Part shown: positions 1 through 9,689 of the stretch, piece by piece
Layout: each line of letters starts with the position of its first letter
How positions within the stretch are numbered: position 1 is the stretch's first letter
Source: a virus
Lineage: Duplodnaviria; Caudoviricetes
Strand: one strand, 5' to 3'
DNA length: 64,000 nucleotides
IMG/VR virus record: IMGVR_UViG_3300032330_001040
Location: 50,248-114,247 of that record
Translations under genes and position numbers: made by a program
Notes under the pieces: model-generated
Told to the model about the DNA's origin: nothing
Databases searched by the model: none
Seen by the model: the letters and a program-made list of their open reading frames with translations, nothing else

Positions 1-1
1 A

Positions 2-1033
2 CCTCCTGTAGGTTCACAAAAAGATGGCGTTGGTGCTTCTAAACCAAAAGGTCAACCAGGCGATGAAGGTACGGCAACAACTCCTGTACAACAAGCTGCT
101 ACTGACTATGCCGCTATTCGTGACCGTATTGCTGGTAAACGTGCTGCACAAACTATGACTGCTAATCCAGGCGCTACATTTCAATCTTACGGTGAAGAAG
201 CTGAAGTTGAAGGTGATTTAGTTGAAGAAGAAAAAGAAGAAAAAGGTCATGAAGATGCAGCTCAAGATAAAAAATTAATCAAAAAAATGATTAGTAAGGA
301 AAAAATGAAAGAAGATATGGACGCTTTACTTTCTGGTGAAAATCTTTCAGAAGAATTTGTAACTAAAGCCACTACAATTTTTGAAGCTGCTGTTATTGCT
401 CGTGCTGAAGAAGTTATTGCTGAAGCCGAAGAGCAGTTAATGGAAGAATTTGAAATTGCCGTTGAGTCAATCAAAGAAGATTTGGCAGCTAAAGTAGATG
501 ACTACCTAAATTATATGGTAGAAGAATGGATGAAAGATAACGAACTTGCAATTCAATCTGGTCTCAAATCAGAGATTACAGAAGAATTCTTAACTGGTTT
601 AAGAGATTTATTCATTGAACACAACATTGATATCCCTGAAGATAAGGTAGATATTGTTGAAGAATTGGCAGCTCAATTAGAAGCTACTGAAGCCGTTCTA
701 AATGAAGAAATTGCTCGTGGTGTTGAATTAACAAAAGCACTAAACGAACAGAAAAAAATTGAGGCTATCTACACAGCGTGTGAAGGCCTAACGCAAACTC
801 AAGTAGAAAAAATGAAGTCGCTCGCAGAGGGCGTTGACTTTACTACTGAGGAAGAGTTTACAACCAAACTTGAAACTTTGAAAGAATCATATTTCAAAGC
901 AGATGTGAAAGTTGCAACTACTGATGCTTTAGATGACGAAGTTTTGCTAGAAGAAGAAAAGAGGACAATTAAATCTTCAAATTCTGAAATCGATTATTAT
1001 GCAAAAACTATTTCACAGACTTTGGTAAAATAA
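2..1033 (+). CDS. 22: Prohead core/scaffold protein gp22 (5'-truncated by window edge)
   Basis: Acidic coiled-coil with 'KVDDYLNYMVEEWM', directly upstream of gp23; frame is open from base 2, so the true start is outside the window. Confidence 0.9.
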   Translation, partial: PPVGSQKDGVGASKPKGQPGDEGTATTPVQQAATDYAAIRDRIAGKRAAQTMTANPGATFQSYGEEAEVEGDLVEEEKEEKGHEDAAQDKKLIKKMISKEKMKEDMDALLSGENLSEEFVTKATTIFEAAVIARAEEVIAEAEEQLMEEFEIAVESIKEDLAAKVDDYLNYMVEEWMKDNELAIQSGLKSEITEEFLTGLRDLFIEHNIDIPEDKVDIVEELAAQLEATEAVLNEEIARGVELTKALNEQKKIEAIYTACEGLTQTQVEKMKSLAEGVDFTTEEEFTTKLETLKESYFKADVKVATTDALDDEVLLEEEKRTIKSSNSEIDYYAKTISQTLVK

Positions 1034-1074
1034 TAAATAAAATACCAAAACAAGAAACTCACAAGGAGAATTAA

Positions 1075-2400
1075 ATGTATTTAACAGAAGAATTATCAAA
1101 AGCTTGGTCTCCAGTTCTGGATCATCCAGAATTAGAACCAATTAAAGACCCGTACAAGCGTGCAGTTACAACTGTTATTCTTGAAAATCAACGTCAAGCT
1201 ATGGCTCAAGACCGTCAACAGTTAAATGAAACTTTAACTGATACTGGTCCTACAAACTTAGCTGGTGGTGTTCAAAACTTTGACCCAATCTTGATTTCTT
1301 TAGTACGCCGTGCTTTGCCTAACTTAATCGCTTATGACGTTGCTGGTGTTCAACCAATGACTGGTCCTACAGGTTTAATTTTCGCAATGCGTGCTCGTTA
1401 CGAAAATCAATCTGGTGCTGAAGCTTTCTACAATGAAGCAAACACAGTATTCTCAGGTACTAAATCTATCAACAACCCATACGGTTTTCAAGGTTCATTA
1501 GCAACTGATACTGCAAACACATTCCAAAACGTAACTTCTGGTGCAACTACTTCTGGTATTGCATTCCCAACAGCTAACGCTGAGTTGTTAGGTTCTGAGT
1601 CTGGTGCTGCTTTCCAACAGATGGCATTCACGATTGACAAAGTTACTGTAACTGCTCAATCACGTGCTCTCAAGGCTGAGTACTCATTAGAATTAGCACA
1701 AGACTTAAAAGCAATTCATGGTCTTGACGCTGAAACAGAATTGTCTAACATTCTGTCTACAGAAATTTTAGCTGAAATTAATCGTGAAGTTATCCGTACA
1801 ATCTATACTTGTGCTGTTGCTGGTGCTCAGTATGGTACTACTTCTGCTGGTTACTTTGACTTAGACACAGACTCTAACGGTCGTTGGTCAGTTGAGCGTT
1901 TCAAAGGTTTGATTTTCCAAATCGAACGTGATGCTAACGTAATTGCAAAACAAACTCGTAGAGGTAAAGGTAACGTATTAATCGTTTCTTCTGACGTTGC
2001 TTCTGCTATGGCAATGGCTGGTGTATTGTCTTATACTCCTGCTCTCCAAGCTGACTTGCAAGTAGATGATACTGGTAATACATTTGCTGGTTTGTTACAT
2101 GGCCGTATCAAAGTTTATATCGACCCATATTTTGGTGGTTACATTGCTAACCAAGAACTCGTAACTATCGGTTACAAAGGTTCTTCACCATATGATGCTG
2201 GTATTTTCTATTGTCCATACGTTCCTCTCCAAATGGTTCGTGCTGTTGACCAGTTTACATTCCAACCTAAGATTGGTTTCAAAACTCGTTACGGTATGGT
2301 TGCTAACCCATTTGCAAAAGGTTTAACTGCTGGTACAGGTACATTAGATGCTCGTACTAACGTTTATTACCGTTTGTTTGGCGTTAAGAACTTGATGTAA
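1075..2400 (+). CDS. 23: Major capsid protein gp23
   Basis: T4 gp23 motifs 'GVQPMTGPTGLIFAMR', 'SRALKAEYSLELAQDLKAIHGLDAE', 'FQPKIGFKTRYG'; AGGAG SD. Confidence 0.98.
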   Translation: MYLTEELSKAWSPVLDHPELEPIKDPYKRAVTTVILENQRQAMAQDRQQLNETLTDTGPTNLAGGVQNFDPILISLVRRALPNLIAYDVAGVQPMTGPTGLIFAMRARYENQSGAEAFYNEANTVFSGTKSINNPYGFQGSLATDTANTFQNVTSGATTSGIAFPTANAELLGSESGAAFQQMAFTIDKVTVTAQSRALKAEYSLELAQDLKAIHGLDAETELSNILSTEILAEINREVIRTIYTCAVAGAQYGTTSAGYFDLDTDSNGRWSVERFKGLIFQIERDANVIAKQTRRGKGNVLIVSSDVASAMAMAGVLSYTPALQADLQVDDTGNTFAGLLHGRIKVYIDPYFGGYIANQELVTIGYKGSSPYDAGIFYCPYVPLQMVRAVDQFTFQPKIGFKTRYGMVANPFAKGLTAGTGTLDARTNVYYRLFGVKNLM

Positions 2401-2427
2401 TCAAATCACCACAGAGTGATACTTTAG

Positions 2428-2455
2428 AGAGACCTCTTTGGAGGTCTCTTTTTTT
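2428..2455 (+). terminator. Rho-independent terminator after gp23
   Basis: AGAGACCTC-TTTG-GAGGTCTCT then T-run. Confidence 0.9.
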
Positions 2456-2459
2456 ATAA

Positions 2460-2467
2460 GATAAATA
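2460..2467 (+). promoter_or_regulatory. Putative gp55 late promoter (GATAAATA)
   Basis: NATAAATA variant of T4 TATAAATA, about 30 nt before the ORF at 2500. Confidence 0.5.
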
Positions 2468-2499
2468 GATATATAAACTTTAGCTTACTGGAGAATAAA

Positions 2500-3468
2500 A
2501 TGAAAAAAACTTTAAATTGGGTATTAGCTCACGAGCCATATCACGTTTTCATCAAAGCTGCCAAAAGTTTTGCTGAAGAAGTTTATGCAGAAACCAATGG
2601 AGAATACAAAATTAATGTGGTTAGTTTATCTGAGTGGAACAAACTATCACAAACAAATTTAACCAATCACACAACAGACCGTGAAAAAATTATCAATTTA
2701 ATTGATGATGGTGCGATTGATTTGGCTACTGTTTATGCAAGTACACTTGGTAAATTTGATAACGATATTAATGCTTTAGCTATGCCTTTTTTATTCAATA
2801 ATCATGAAGAAGCAAGCAACATCATTGATGGTCAAATTGGACAACATTTACTTTCTAAAATTGCCAAACGTAAAAATATTCGAGGATTAACATTTACTTA
2901 TAGTGGTGGTTTTAAAATTATTCCAAGTACAAAAGCAATTGAAACATTAGAAGATTTCTATCGTTTAGATTTAAGTTGCACCAATAATGCTGTATCTATT
3001 GGTACCATTGAAGCAGTTGGTGCTAATCCTGTACCAGCAATGATTGAAGATATTGCTAAGAAATTATCAATTGGTGAAATTGATGGTGGTGAAACAACAT
3101 ATACACGTTACTTTATTTTAGAACAAGATAAGTATACAAAATATATTAACGATAACGAACATAGTTTATTTTTAACAAGCTTAGTTATTAATGAACAACT
3201 ATGGCAATCTTTAAGTTCAGAAGTACAACAGGTATTTTCTCGTGCGGCTATGAGAGCGGCAAAGATTGAACGTGAAGATAGTTTGGCGGATAATTTAATT
3301 GTTGAAGCACAAGCTGCTAAAGCAGGTATTGTTACTGTAAAAATGAACAACAAAGAAAAATCTAAATTTGTTAATGCTACTAAAGGTTTGTATAGTGCGT
3401 TAAACGGTTACTTTAGTCCAGGTTTATTAAACGAAATTATTGAAAATAAAAAATATACAAAACATTAA
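2500..3468 (+). CDS. TRAP transporter substrate-binding protein, DctP-like
   Basis: 'FAEEVYAETNG', 'LAMPFLF', 'GANPVP', 'GEIDGGE', 'INEQLWQSLSSEVQQVF' match the DctP pattern; no signal peptide visible. Confidence 0.8.
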   Translation: MKKTLNWVLAHEPYHVFIKAAKSFAEEVYAETNGEYKINVVSLSEWNKLSQTNLTNHTTDREKIINLIDDGAIDLATVYASTLGKFDNDINALAMPFLFNNHEEASNIIDGQIGQHLLSKIAKRKNIRGLTFTYSGGFKIIPSTKAIETLEDFYRLDLSCTNNAVSIGTIEAVGANPVPAMIEDIAKKLSIGEIDGGETTYTRYFILEQDKYTKYINDNEHSLFLTSLVINEQLWQSLSSEVQQVFSRAAMRAAKIEREDSLADNLIVEAQAAKAGIVTVKMNNKEKSKFVNATKGLYSALNGYFSPGLLNEIIENKKYTKH

Positions 3469-3471
3469 ATA

Positions 3472-4215
3472 ATGAAAAAACCAAATTTGAATATACCACT
3501 TAGTGATTATGATAGTTTATGGGATTGGACCAAGTCACGTAGTAATTACCATTTCGACAACAATCGTGTGGATGCTCCAGGTTCTGTTTACAAAGTATTA
3601 GGTAAATTTGAAAATACTTGGTCTCACTTACTTGATGATATCAAACAAAAATCATTTTCAAGTACTTGGAGCAATATTACAACCACAGGCGGTGGCAAAC
3701 AACGACCAGTTAGTTATGAAAAACGTAAAAATGATATTGCTAAAGGTGGTGGTAATATTGATGAAATACAATTAACAAACATAACAGAAAATCCAACACA
3801 ATATCCAGAATTTAAAAAAATTGTAGATTATTTTCATCTAGATGGTCCTGTAGAATCTAGATTTCATGTACAACTTACTGGTCAAATGTTTACATTACAT
3901 ATTGACCCAAATCACCATAGATTTGCCGAACCTGGTTCTAATCCACTTGGACCTTTTAATTATGATCCTAATGATATAGTACGAATTACTATTATGTTAG
4001 AAGATTGGCAACCTGGACAATTTGTAATTTATGGAAATAGTATTTACCAACAATGGCAATCTGGAGATTTTCATATATTCGATTGGCCTAATATACCTCA
4101 TGCCACAGCCAATGCAAGTCAACAATGTCGAATCACATTACAAATAACCGGATTAAGAACCGAAAAAACAAATCAGTTGATTGGACCTAATCCTTTTTTA
4201 TACCCCATTTTTTAA
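3472..4215 (+). CDS. Putative 2OG-Fe(II)/Asp-hydroxylase-like oxygenase
   Basis: HxD ('LHID'), distal H ('PHATAN') and 'RITLQITG' fit a DSBH dioxygenase. Confidence 0.6.
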   Translation: MKKPNLNIPLSDYDSLWDWTKSRSNYHFDNNRVDAPGSVYKVLGKFENTWSHLLDDIKQKSFSSTWSNITTTGGGKQRPVSYEKRKNDIAKGGGNIDEIQLTNITENPTQYPEFKKIVDYFHLDGPVESRFHVQLTGQMFTLHIDPNHHRFAEPGSNPLGPFNYDPNDIVRITIMLEDWQPGQFVIYGNSIYQQWQSGDFHIFDWPNIPHATANASQQCRITLQITGLRTEKTNQLIGPNPFLYPIF

Positions 4216-4237
4216 TTTTTAACTTTGAAAGACTTTT

Positions 4238-5146
4238 ATGAAACGATTGATATTTATTATATTAACACTATTATCATTTAATTTATTTGCAAATCCAATT
4301 AGAGTTCCAATTGTTTGGCCTTTTGCTCCGGCAGCAACTGAAGGAGTTTTTATTAGAGCAATAGTAGAAGAAGCAAATAAATTACAAAACAAATATATTT
4401 TTAATTTTGAAAGTAAACCTGGAGCCGGTGGTACAATTGCAACTCGATATGTACAAGATTATCAAGGCATTGCTATTTTAAGTAGTTCAAGTAGTTTCTT
4501 TGCAAGACCAGTTTTTTATCCAAATGAAAGTTATCAAACATCAAATTTTACACCAGTTATGATTGAGTGTACAGGACAACCTTATGTAATAGTTAGTTCA
4601 AAATATAAAACAATTGAAGAATTAAATAAAGAAAAAGAATTAACTGTTGGTGTAATTTTAGGTGCCATGTCAGAAGTTTTAGCAAGACAACTACAAACAA
4701 AATTACCTAATACAAAATTAATTTTTGTTGGATTTAATGGAACAGTACAAGGTACACAAGAAGTGATAGCTGGCCGATTAGATTTAAATGTTAGTGTTCC
4801 TGAAGATTCAAATAAATGGTTATCTTCTGGAAAAATTAATGTTATTGGAATTAGTGGTACAAAAAACATAATGGAAATGAAAACATTTCATAGTCAAGGA
4901 ATTAGTGGATTTGAAGATTTGGTTGGTAATTATATGATGGTTACTCGTACTAATGTTCCGGATAATATCATAGAAGAAATGAATCTTATTTTAACTGAAG
5001 CATCAAAAAAATCTTCATCATTAAAGTCATTATATGAAAGTGCTGGGTGTACATTTTCAAATAGTACACTAGAACAATCTAATCAAAGTTTTGCAAAATG
5101 GAAAAAATATTGGCCAGAAAAATTACAATCGTTGAAAAATAATTAA
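4238..5146 (+). CDS. Tripartite tricarboxylate transporter substrate-binding protein (TctC/Bug-like)
   Basis: Signal peptide; 'VWPFAPA', 'ESKPGAGGTIA', 'VGFNG...EVIAGRLD'. Confidence 0.75.
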   Translation: MKRLIFIILTLLSFNLFANPIRVPIVWPFAPAATEGVFIRAIVEEANKLQNKYIFNFESKPGAGGTIATRYVQDYQGIAILSSSSSFFARPVFYPNESYQTSNFTPVMIECTGQPYVIVSSKYKTIEELNKEKELTVGVILGAMSEVLARQLQTKLPNTKLIFVGFNGTVQGTQEVIAGRLDLNVSVPEDSNKWLSSGKINVIGISGTKNIMEMKTFHSQGISGFEDLVGNYMMVTRTNVPDNIIEEMNLILTEASKKSSSLKSLYESAGCTFSNSTLEQSNQSFAKWKKYWPEKLQSLKNN

Positions 5147-5172
5147 GTATTTTTTATGGACTAAATACCTGT

Positions 5173-5700
5173 ATGACTGTACTTACAAGAGCCCCTCAAA
5201 ATATTAATTATTTACAACCGTCAAAGTTTCTTTTAAGCTTTGACAGGATGCCTACTGTTCAATATTTTTGCCAAGAAGTAAATTTACCTGGTGTTTCAAT
5301 GGGACAAGCTCCTATTAATACTCCAATGTTGGACATATATGCACCTGGCAATAAATTAACCTACAATAATCTTACTGTATCGTTTACAATAGATGAAGGT
5401 TTAATTGGTTGGCAAGAAATTTATAATTGGTTTAAAGCGATGGGTTCTCCAGCAGGATTTGAAGAAAGAAATCGTTTATCAGAAATACAAAGTAAAAGAA
5501 CAACCAGTTCTAAAAGTTATTCTAATGCCACTTTAACAATTCTTTCAGCATTAAATAATCCATTAAAAAGAATTACCTATTATAATGCTTTCCCTTTAAC
5601 ATTATCTGACATTCAATTTGATACCAAATCTGACGCAAATCAGATTCTTACCGCTAGCGCATCTTTTAATTACGATTACTTTGAATTTGCATCAGCTTAA
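5173..5700 (+). CDS. 3: Tail completion/terminator protein gp3-like
   Basis: 'VQYFCQEVNLPG', 'NAFPLTLSDIQFD'; gp23-gp3-uvsY synteny; ACTAAATA just upstream. Confidence 0.8.
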   Translation: MTVLTRAPQNINYLQPSKFLLSFDRMPTVQYFCQEVNLPGVSMGQAPINTPMLDIYAPGNKLTYNNLTVSFTIDEGLIGWQEIYNWFKAMGSPAGFEERNRLSEIQSKRTTSSKSYSNATLTILSALNNPLKRITYYNAFPLTLSDIQFDTKSDANQILTASASFNYDYFEFASA

Positions 5701-5714
5701 TATAATAATATATT

Positions 5715-6737
5715 ATGTATAAATTGTCAGACATAAAATCATTGCATCTAGAAACTACTTCCAAATGTCAAGCTAAATGTCCACAATGTGCTCGTAACTG
5801 GCATGGAGGTAAACTTAGGCCGCATATTGAATTGGATGAAATCACTTTAGAACAATTTAAAGAATGGTTTTCTTCAGATTTTATTAAACAACTTACCAAT
5901 ATTTCTATGTGTGGTAGGTTAGGGGATCCTATAATTGCTAAAGATACTTTAGAAATATTTAAATATTTAAGAGAAACAAACAACAATTTAATATTAAATA
6001 TGTCTACCAATGGTAGTGCAAGAAACTCACAATGGTGGACAGATTTAGCTAAACTTGGTGTTAATGTTTATTTTGCCCTTGATGGATTAAGTGATACACA
6101 TTCCATTTACAGAATTGGAACCAACTGGGAAAAAGTTATTGAAAACGCCAAAACTTTTATTAAATCTGGTGGTCAAGCACATTGGGAAATGCTTGTTTTT
6201 AAACACAATGAACATCAAGTAGATGATTGTGAAAAATTAAGCCGGCAATTGGGATTTGTTAGATTTGAATCAAAACATACCAATCGATTTGATTCAACTG
6301 GTATGTTAAAGGTTTTAAATGATGAAGGAACTCCAATCAATATTATATACCCAACAAAAAAAAGTGAAGGTATGATTGGTAAAATTATAAAACAAAAAGA
6401 ACAACAAGAACAATTACCAACTATTAATTGTATGGTTAAAAAAACCAATCAAATTTATATAAGTGCCACAGGAACAGTTAACCCTTGTTGTTGGACAAAC
6501 ATAGAACATGATTGCCATACTGATTTATCAAGAGTTGATTATATGGACCTTATAGGTGTTTGGCCAAATTTAAAAAAACAAAAATTATCTGAAATATTTG
6601 ATAGTGGGTATTTTGATAAAATAGAAGAAACATGGACCACTTCACCATTAAAAGTTTGTAAAAAGAATTGTGGAAAATTTAATGTATATTATGAACAATA
6701 CAGAAATGACTATCTTACGCTTGACACGATAACATAG
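5715..6737 (+). CDS. Radical SAM protein with SPASM/twitch-like C-terminus
   Basis: CxxxCxxC 'CQAKCPQC', 'STNG', 'ALDG', C-terminal 'GTVNPCC...CKKNC'. Confidence 0.85.
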   Translation: MYKLSDIKSLHLETTSKCQAKCPQCARNWHGGKLRPHIELDEITLEQFKEWFSSDFIKQLTNISMCGRLGDPIIAKDTLEIFKYLRETNNNLILNMSTNGSARNSQWWTDLAKLGVNVYFALDGLSDTHSIYRIGTNWEKVIENAKTFIKSGGQAHWEMLVFKHNEHQVDDCEKLSRQLGFVRFESKHTNRFDSTGMLKVLNDEGTPINIIYPTKKSEGMIGKIIKQKEQQEQLPTINCMVKKTNQIYISATGTVNPCCWTNIEHDCHTDLSRVDYMDLIGVWPNLKKQKLSEIFDSGYFDKIEETWTTSPLKVCKKNCGKFNVYYEQYRNDYLTLDTIT

Positions 6738-6750
6738 GTCGTGTTATAAT
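6721..6750 (+). promoter_or_regulatory. Sigma70-type early promoter for uvsY-uvsW
   Basis: TTGACA-N18-TATAAT with extended -10 TG. Confidence 0.8.
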
Positions 6751-6781
6751 GTAGATTTAGTGTTATTACTTTGAATATATT

Positions 6782-7216
6782 ATGGAAACTTTAGAACAAA
6801 TACTTGAATTGTGGAAATCGGATGCAGACATGGACCAGACAGAACCTGGTAAAGAACTGTTAAAGATTCCTAAACTTCACAACAAATACCTCACTATATT
6901 AGTTAGACATAAAATGGCCAGTAAAAAGGCACATTTTAATTATCTACGCATGCGTAAAGTTAAGATTGACTATTATGGAGGTCGCCTAAGTAAAGAAGAA
7001 CTATTGATGCACGGATGGGAACCATTTCAATTTGTTCTTAAATCGGATGTAAATGCTTATTTGGAAGCAGATGAAGATTTAATCCATTTGTTAGAAAAAA
7101 AAGTATATCATGAAGAAGTAGTGTCTGTGATTGAATCTATTATGAATGAATTAAAACAAAGAACATGGCAGTTGCGTGATTTTATATCTTGGGAAAAATT
7201 TATAGGTGGACAATAA
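6782..7216 (+). CDS. uvsY: Recombination mediator UvsY
   Basis: 'LKIPKLHNKYL', 'YLEADEDL', 'W.LRDFISWEKF'; synteny. Confidence 0.9.
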   Translation: METLEQILELWKSDADMDQTEPGKELLKIPKLHNKYLTILVRHKMASKKAHFNYLRMRKVKIDYYGGRLSKEELLMHGWEPFQFVLKSDVNAYLEADEDLIHLLEKKVYHEEVVSVIESIMNELKQRTWQLRDFISWEKFIGGQ

Positions 7217-8690
7217 TTTAGTTATTTCTAAAGTCAATGAGGTATACTTAAAAGTTGAATGTGAAAAACATATAGCTAAAGAGTTATCGGAGTTTTTTAC
7301 ATTTTTTGTTCCTGGTTATACTTTTGTTCCTGCTTATAGGAATAAAATTTGGGATGGAAAGATAAGACTTTTTGATTTAAGAAGTAATCAAATATATATT
7401 GGTTTATTACCATACTTAGAAGAATTTTGCCAAGAAAGAGATTATACTTGGCACCACGATTTTGTACAAGACGAATACTCAGTTTACCATGCGAACAAAT
7501 TTATATCACAAATTAATCCACATTCTCGTGGACAACGAATTGAAGTCAGGGAACACCAACTCTCTGCCTATATTCACGCAATGCAAAACCGAAGAGCTTT
7601 ACTCCTGTCTCCAACCGCTTCGGGAAAATCGCTCATCATCTACCTTATTTTCAGACAACTCTTAGAATATCAAAAGTTAAAAGGTCTTATTATTGTTCCA
7701 ACCACTTCTTTGGTGGAACAATTATATACAGACTTTGAAGATTATGCTAACGATTCAATGCAATCTTTAGTACATAGAATATATCAAGGAAAAGAAAAAG
7801 AGTCAAGCCTTCCTTTAACAATTTCTACATGGCAATCATTATATAAGATGCCTAAAGAATATTTTCATCAATTTGATTATATAATAGGTGACGAAGCCCA
7901 TCTATTCAAAGCACAATCATTAACAACAATACTCACTTCTTGTATTAATGCCAAATACCGTATAGGACTTACTGGAACGTTGGATGGAACGAAAACACAC
8001 AAGTTAGTACTAGAAGGTCTATTTGGCAAAGTAAATAAAGTTATTAGTACAAAAGAATTGATTGATAAAAAACAAGTTTCAGATTTTGAAATTAAATGTT
8101 TAGTATTAAAACATGCAGATGAAAAATGTTTAGAGTTAAAAGATAAAACTTACCAAGAAGAAATTCAATATCTAATTTCAAATGAAGCCAGAAATAAATT
8201 CATTAAAAATCTTGCAGTTAGCCTAGGTAAAAATACTTTGGTGTTATATCAAATGGTTGACAAACATGGTCAAATCCTGTATGATATCATAAGAAACACA
8301 GAAAAGATAGGCAGCAGAAAGGTATTTTTTGTTCATGGTGGAACTGATACTACAGACCGTGAAGAAATTAGAAAAATTATGGAAATAGAAAATGATGCAA
8401 TCGTGGTGGCTTCTTATGGTACTTTTAGTACTGGAATCAATATTCGTAATTTGCATAATATCATATTTGCAATGCCAACTAAATCTACAATTAGAACATT
8501 ACAGAGTATTGGTAGAGGCCTTAGGCAAAATGAAGGCAAAGAAATAGCAACTCTATATGATATTTCTGACGACCTTAGATATAAAAAACATATGAATTAT
8601 ACTTTAAAACATTTCGTGGAAAGAACTAAGATATATAATGATGAACAGTTCCCATATAAAATCTACAAAATAGGACTAAAAAATGTTTAG
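7206..8690 (+). CDS. uvsW: RNA-DNA/DNA helicase UvsW
   Basis: 'SPTASGKS', 'DEAH', 'LQSIGRGLR', 'WDGKIRLF'. Confidence 0.95.
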   Translation: MDNNLVISKVNEVYLKVECEKHIAKELSEFFTFFVPGYTFVPAYRNKIWDGKIRLFDLRSNQIYIGLLPYLEEFCQERDYTWHHDFVQDEYSVYHANKFISQINPHSRGQRIEVREHQLSAYIHAMQNRRALLLSPTASGKSLIIYLIFRQLLEYQKLKGLIIVPTTSLVEQLYTDFEDYANDSMQSLVHRIYQGKEKESSLPLTISTWQSLYKMPKEYFHQFDYIIGDEAHLFKAQSLTTILTSCINAKYRIGLTGTLDGTKTHKLVLEGLFGKVNKVISTKELIDKKQVSDFEIKCLVLKHADEKCLELKDKTYQEEIQYLISNEARNKFIKNLAVSLGKNTLVLYQMVDKHGQILYDIIRNTEKIGSRKVFFVHGGTDTTDREEIRKIMEIENDAIVVASYGTFSTGINIRNLHNIIFAMPTKSTIRTLQSIGRGLRQNEGKEIATLYDISDDLRYKKHMNYTLKHFVERTKIYNDEQFPYKIYKIGLKNV

Positions 8691-9063
8691 CACACAAATA
8701 ATAAAATTACAAAATGGGGAAGAATTGATAGCTAATGTGGATTTGAGTATTACTGGCACATCTTATGTTTTAGAAGAACCAATGAAATTTTGGATTGATT
8801 ATCGTAATAACAACTCTTTAGTTATTCAACATTATTTACCGGTACAATTAATTAAAGAAAATAAAATTTCTATTAACGTTAAAAATATATTAACAATAAT
8901 GAGTCCTACGGAAGACTTTGTTGAATATTACTATCATACTATTGAAAAAATTAAAAGACTGATGAAAGCTAAAGCAGATATTGCCGAGATGACAGATGAA
9001 GAAATAAATTATATAATAAATGAATTTGAAATGGAAAACAATGAAACAGGAACATTACATTAA
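8683..9063 (+). CDS. Conserved T4-like hypothetical protein (Sm-like fold)
   Basis: 'IIKLQNGEELIA'; usual position between uvsW and gp55. Confidence 0.6.
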   Translation: MFSTQIIKLQNGEELIANVDLSITGTSYVLEEPMKFWIDYRNNNSLVIQHYLPVQLIKENKISINVKNILTIMSPTEDFVEYYYHTIEKIKRLMKAKADIAEMTDEEINYIINEFEMENNETGTLH

Positions 9064-9137
9064 TATTAATCTCAAAACAGGACATACTCGACTTTACTCT
9101 CTTGTCAAGCGTTTGTCAATAACTTTAGGTGGTAAAC

Positions 9138-9674
9138 ATGGCTTCTAAACCAAAACAATATGTAAACAATGCAGATTTCTTAGCTGCTCTTATTGATTAT
9201 AAAGAAAAATGTAAGATAGCTAAAGCAGATAAGAAACCACCACCAGCAATACCTAATTACATAGGTGAATGTTTTATGAAAATAGCAGAAGGTCTATCAC
9301 ATAAACCTAATTTCATTAACTATACCTATCGTGATGAAATGATATCGGATGGTATTGAAAATTGTTTAATGTATTTTGATAATTTTAATCCAGACAAATC
9401 TAAAAATCCATTTGCCTATTTTACACAGATAATTTACTTTGCCTTTCTTAGAAGAATTAGTAAAGAAAAGAAACAACAATATGTTAAGTATAAAGCCACA
9501 GAACAAATGGGTATACTTGATGAATTTGAAATGTTAGAATTTGAAGATGGTACCACAAAACAGTTTGAACTATATGATAATATTTCAGAGTTTATTGAAA
9601 ATTATGAAATAGCAAATAAAAAGAAAAAAGAAACAAAAAAACCAAAAGGGCTTGAAAATTTCTTAGGAGAGTGA
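9138..9674 (+). CDS. 55: Late-transcription sigma factor gp55
   Basis: 'YVNNADFL', 'NYTYRDEMISDGIENC', 'NPFAYFTQIIYFAFLRRI'; ATG 9138 follows an AGGTGG SD. Confidence 0.95.
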   Translation: MASKPKQYVNNADFLAALIDYKEKCKIAKADKKPPPAIPNYIGECFMKIAEGLSHKPNFINYTYRDEMISDGIENCLMYFDNFNPDKSKNPFAYFTQIIYFAFLRRISKEKKQQYVKYKATEQMGILDEFEMLEFEDGTTKQFELYDNISEFIENYEIANKKKKETKKPKGLENFLGE

Positions 9675-9680
9675 TATACT
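9652..9680 (+). promoter_or_regulatory. Sigma70-type promoter for gp47-gp46
   Basis: TTGAAA-N17-TATACT with TG extension. Confidence 0.6.
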
Positions 9681-9689
9681 TATTTAATT

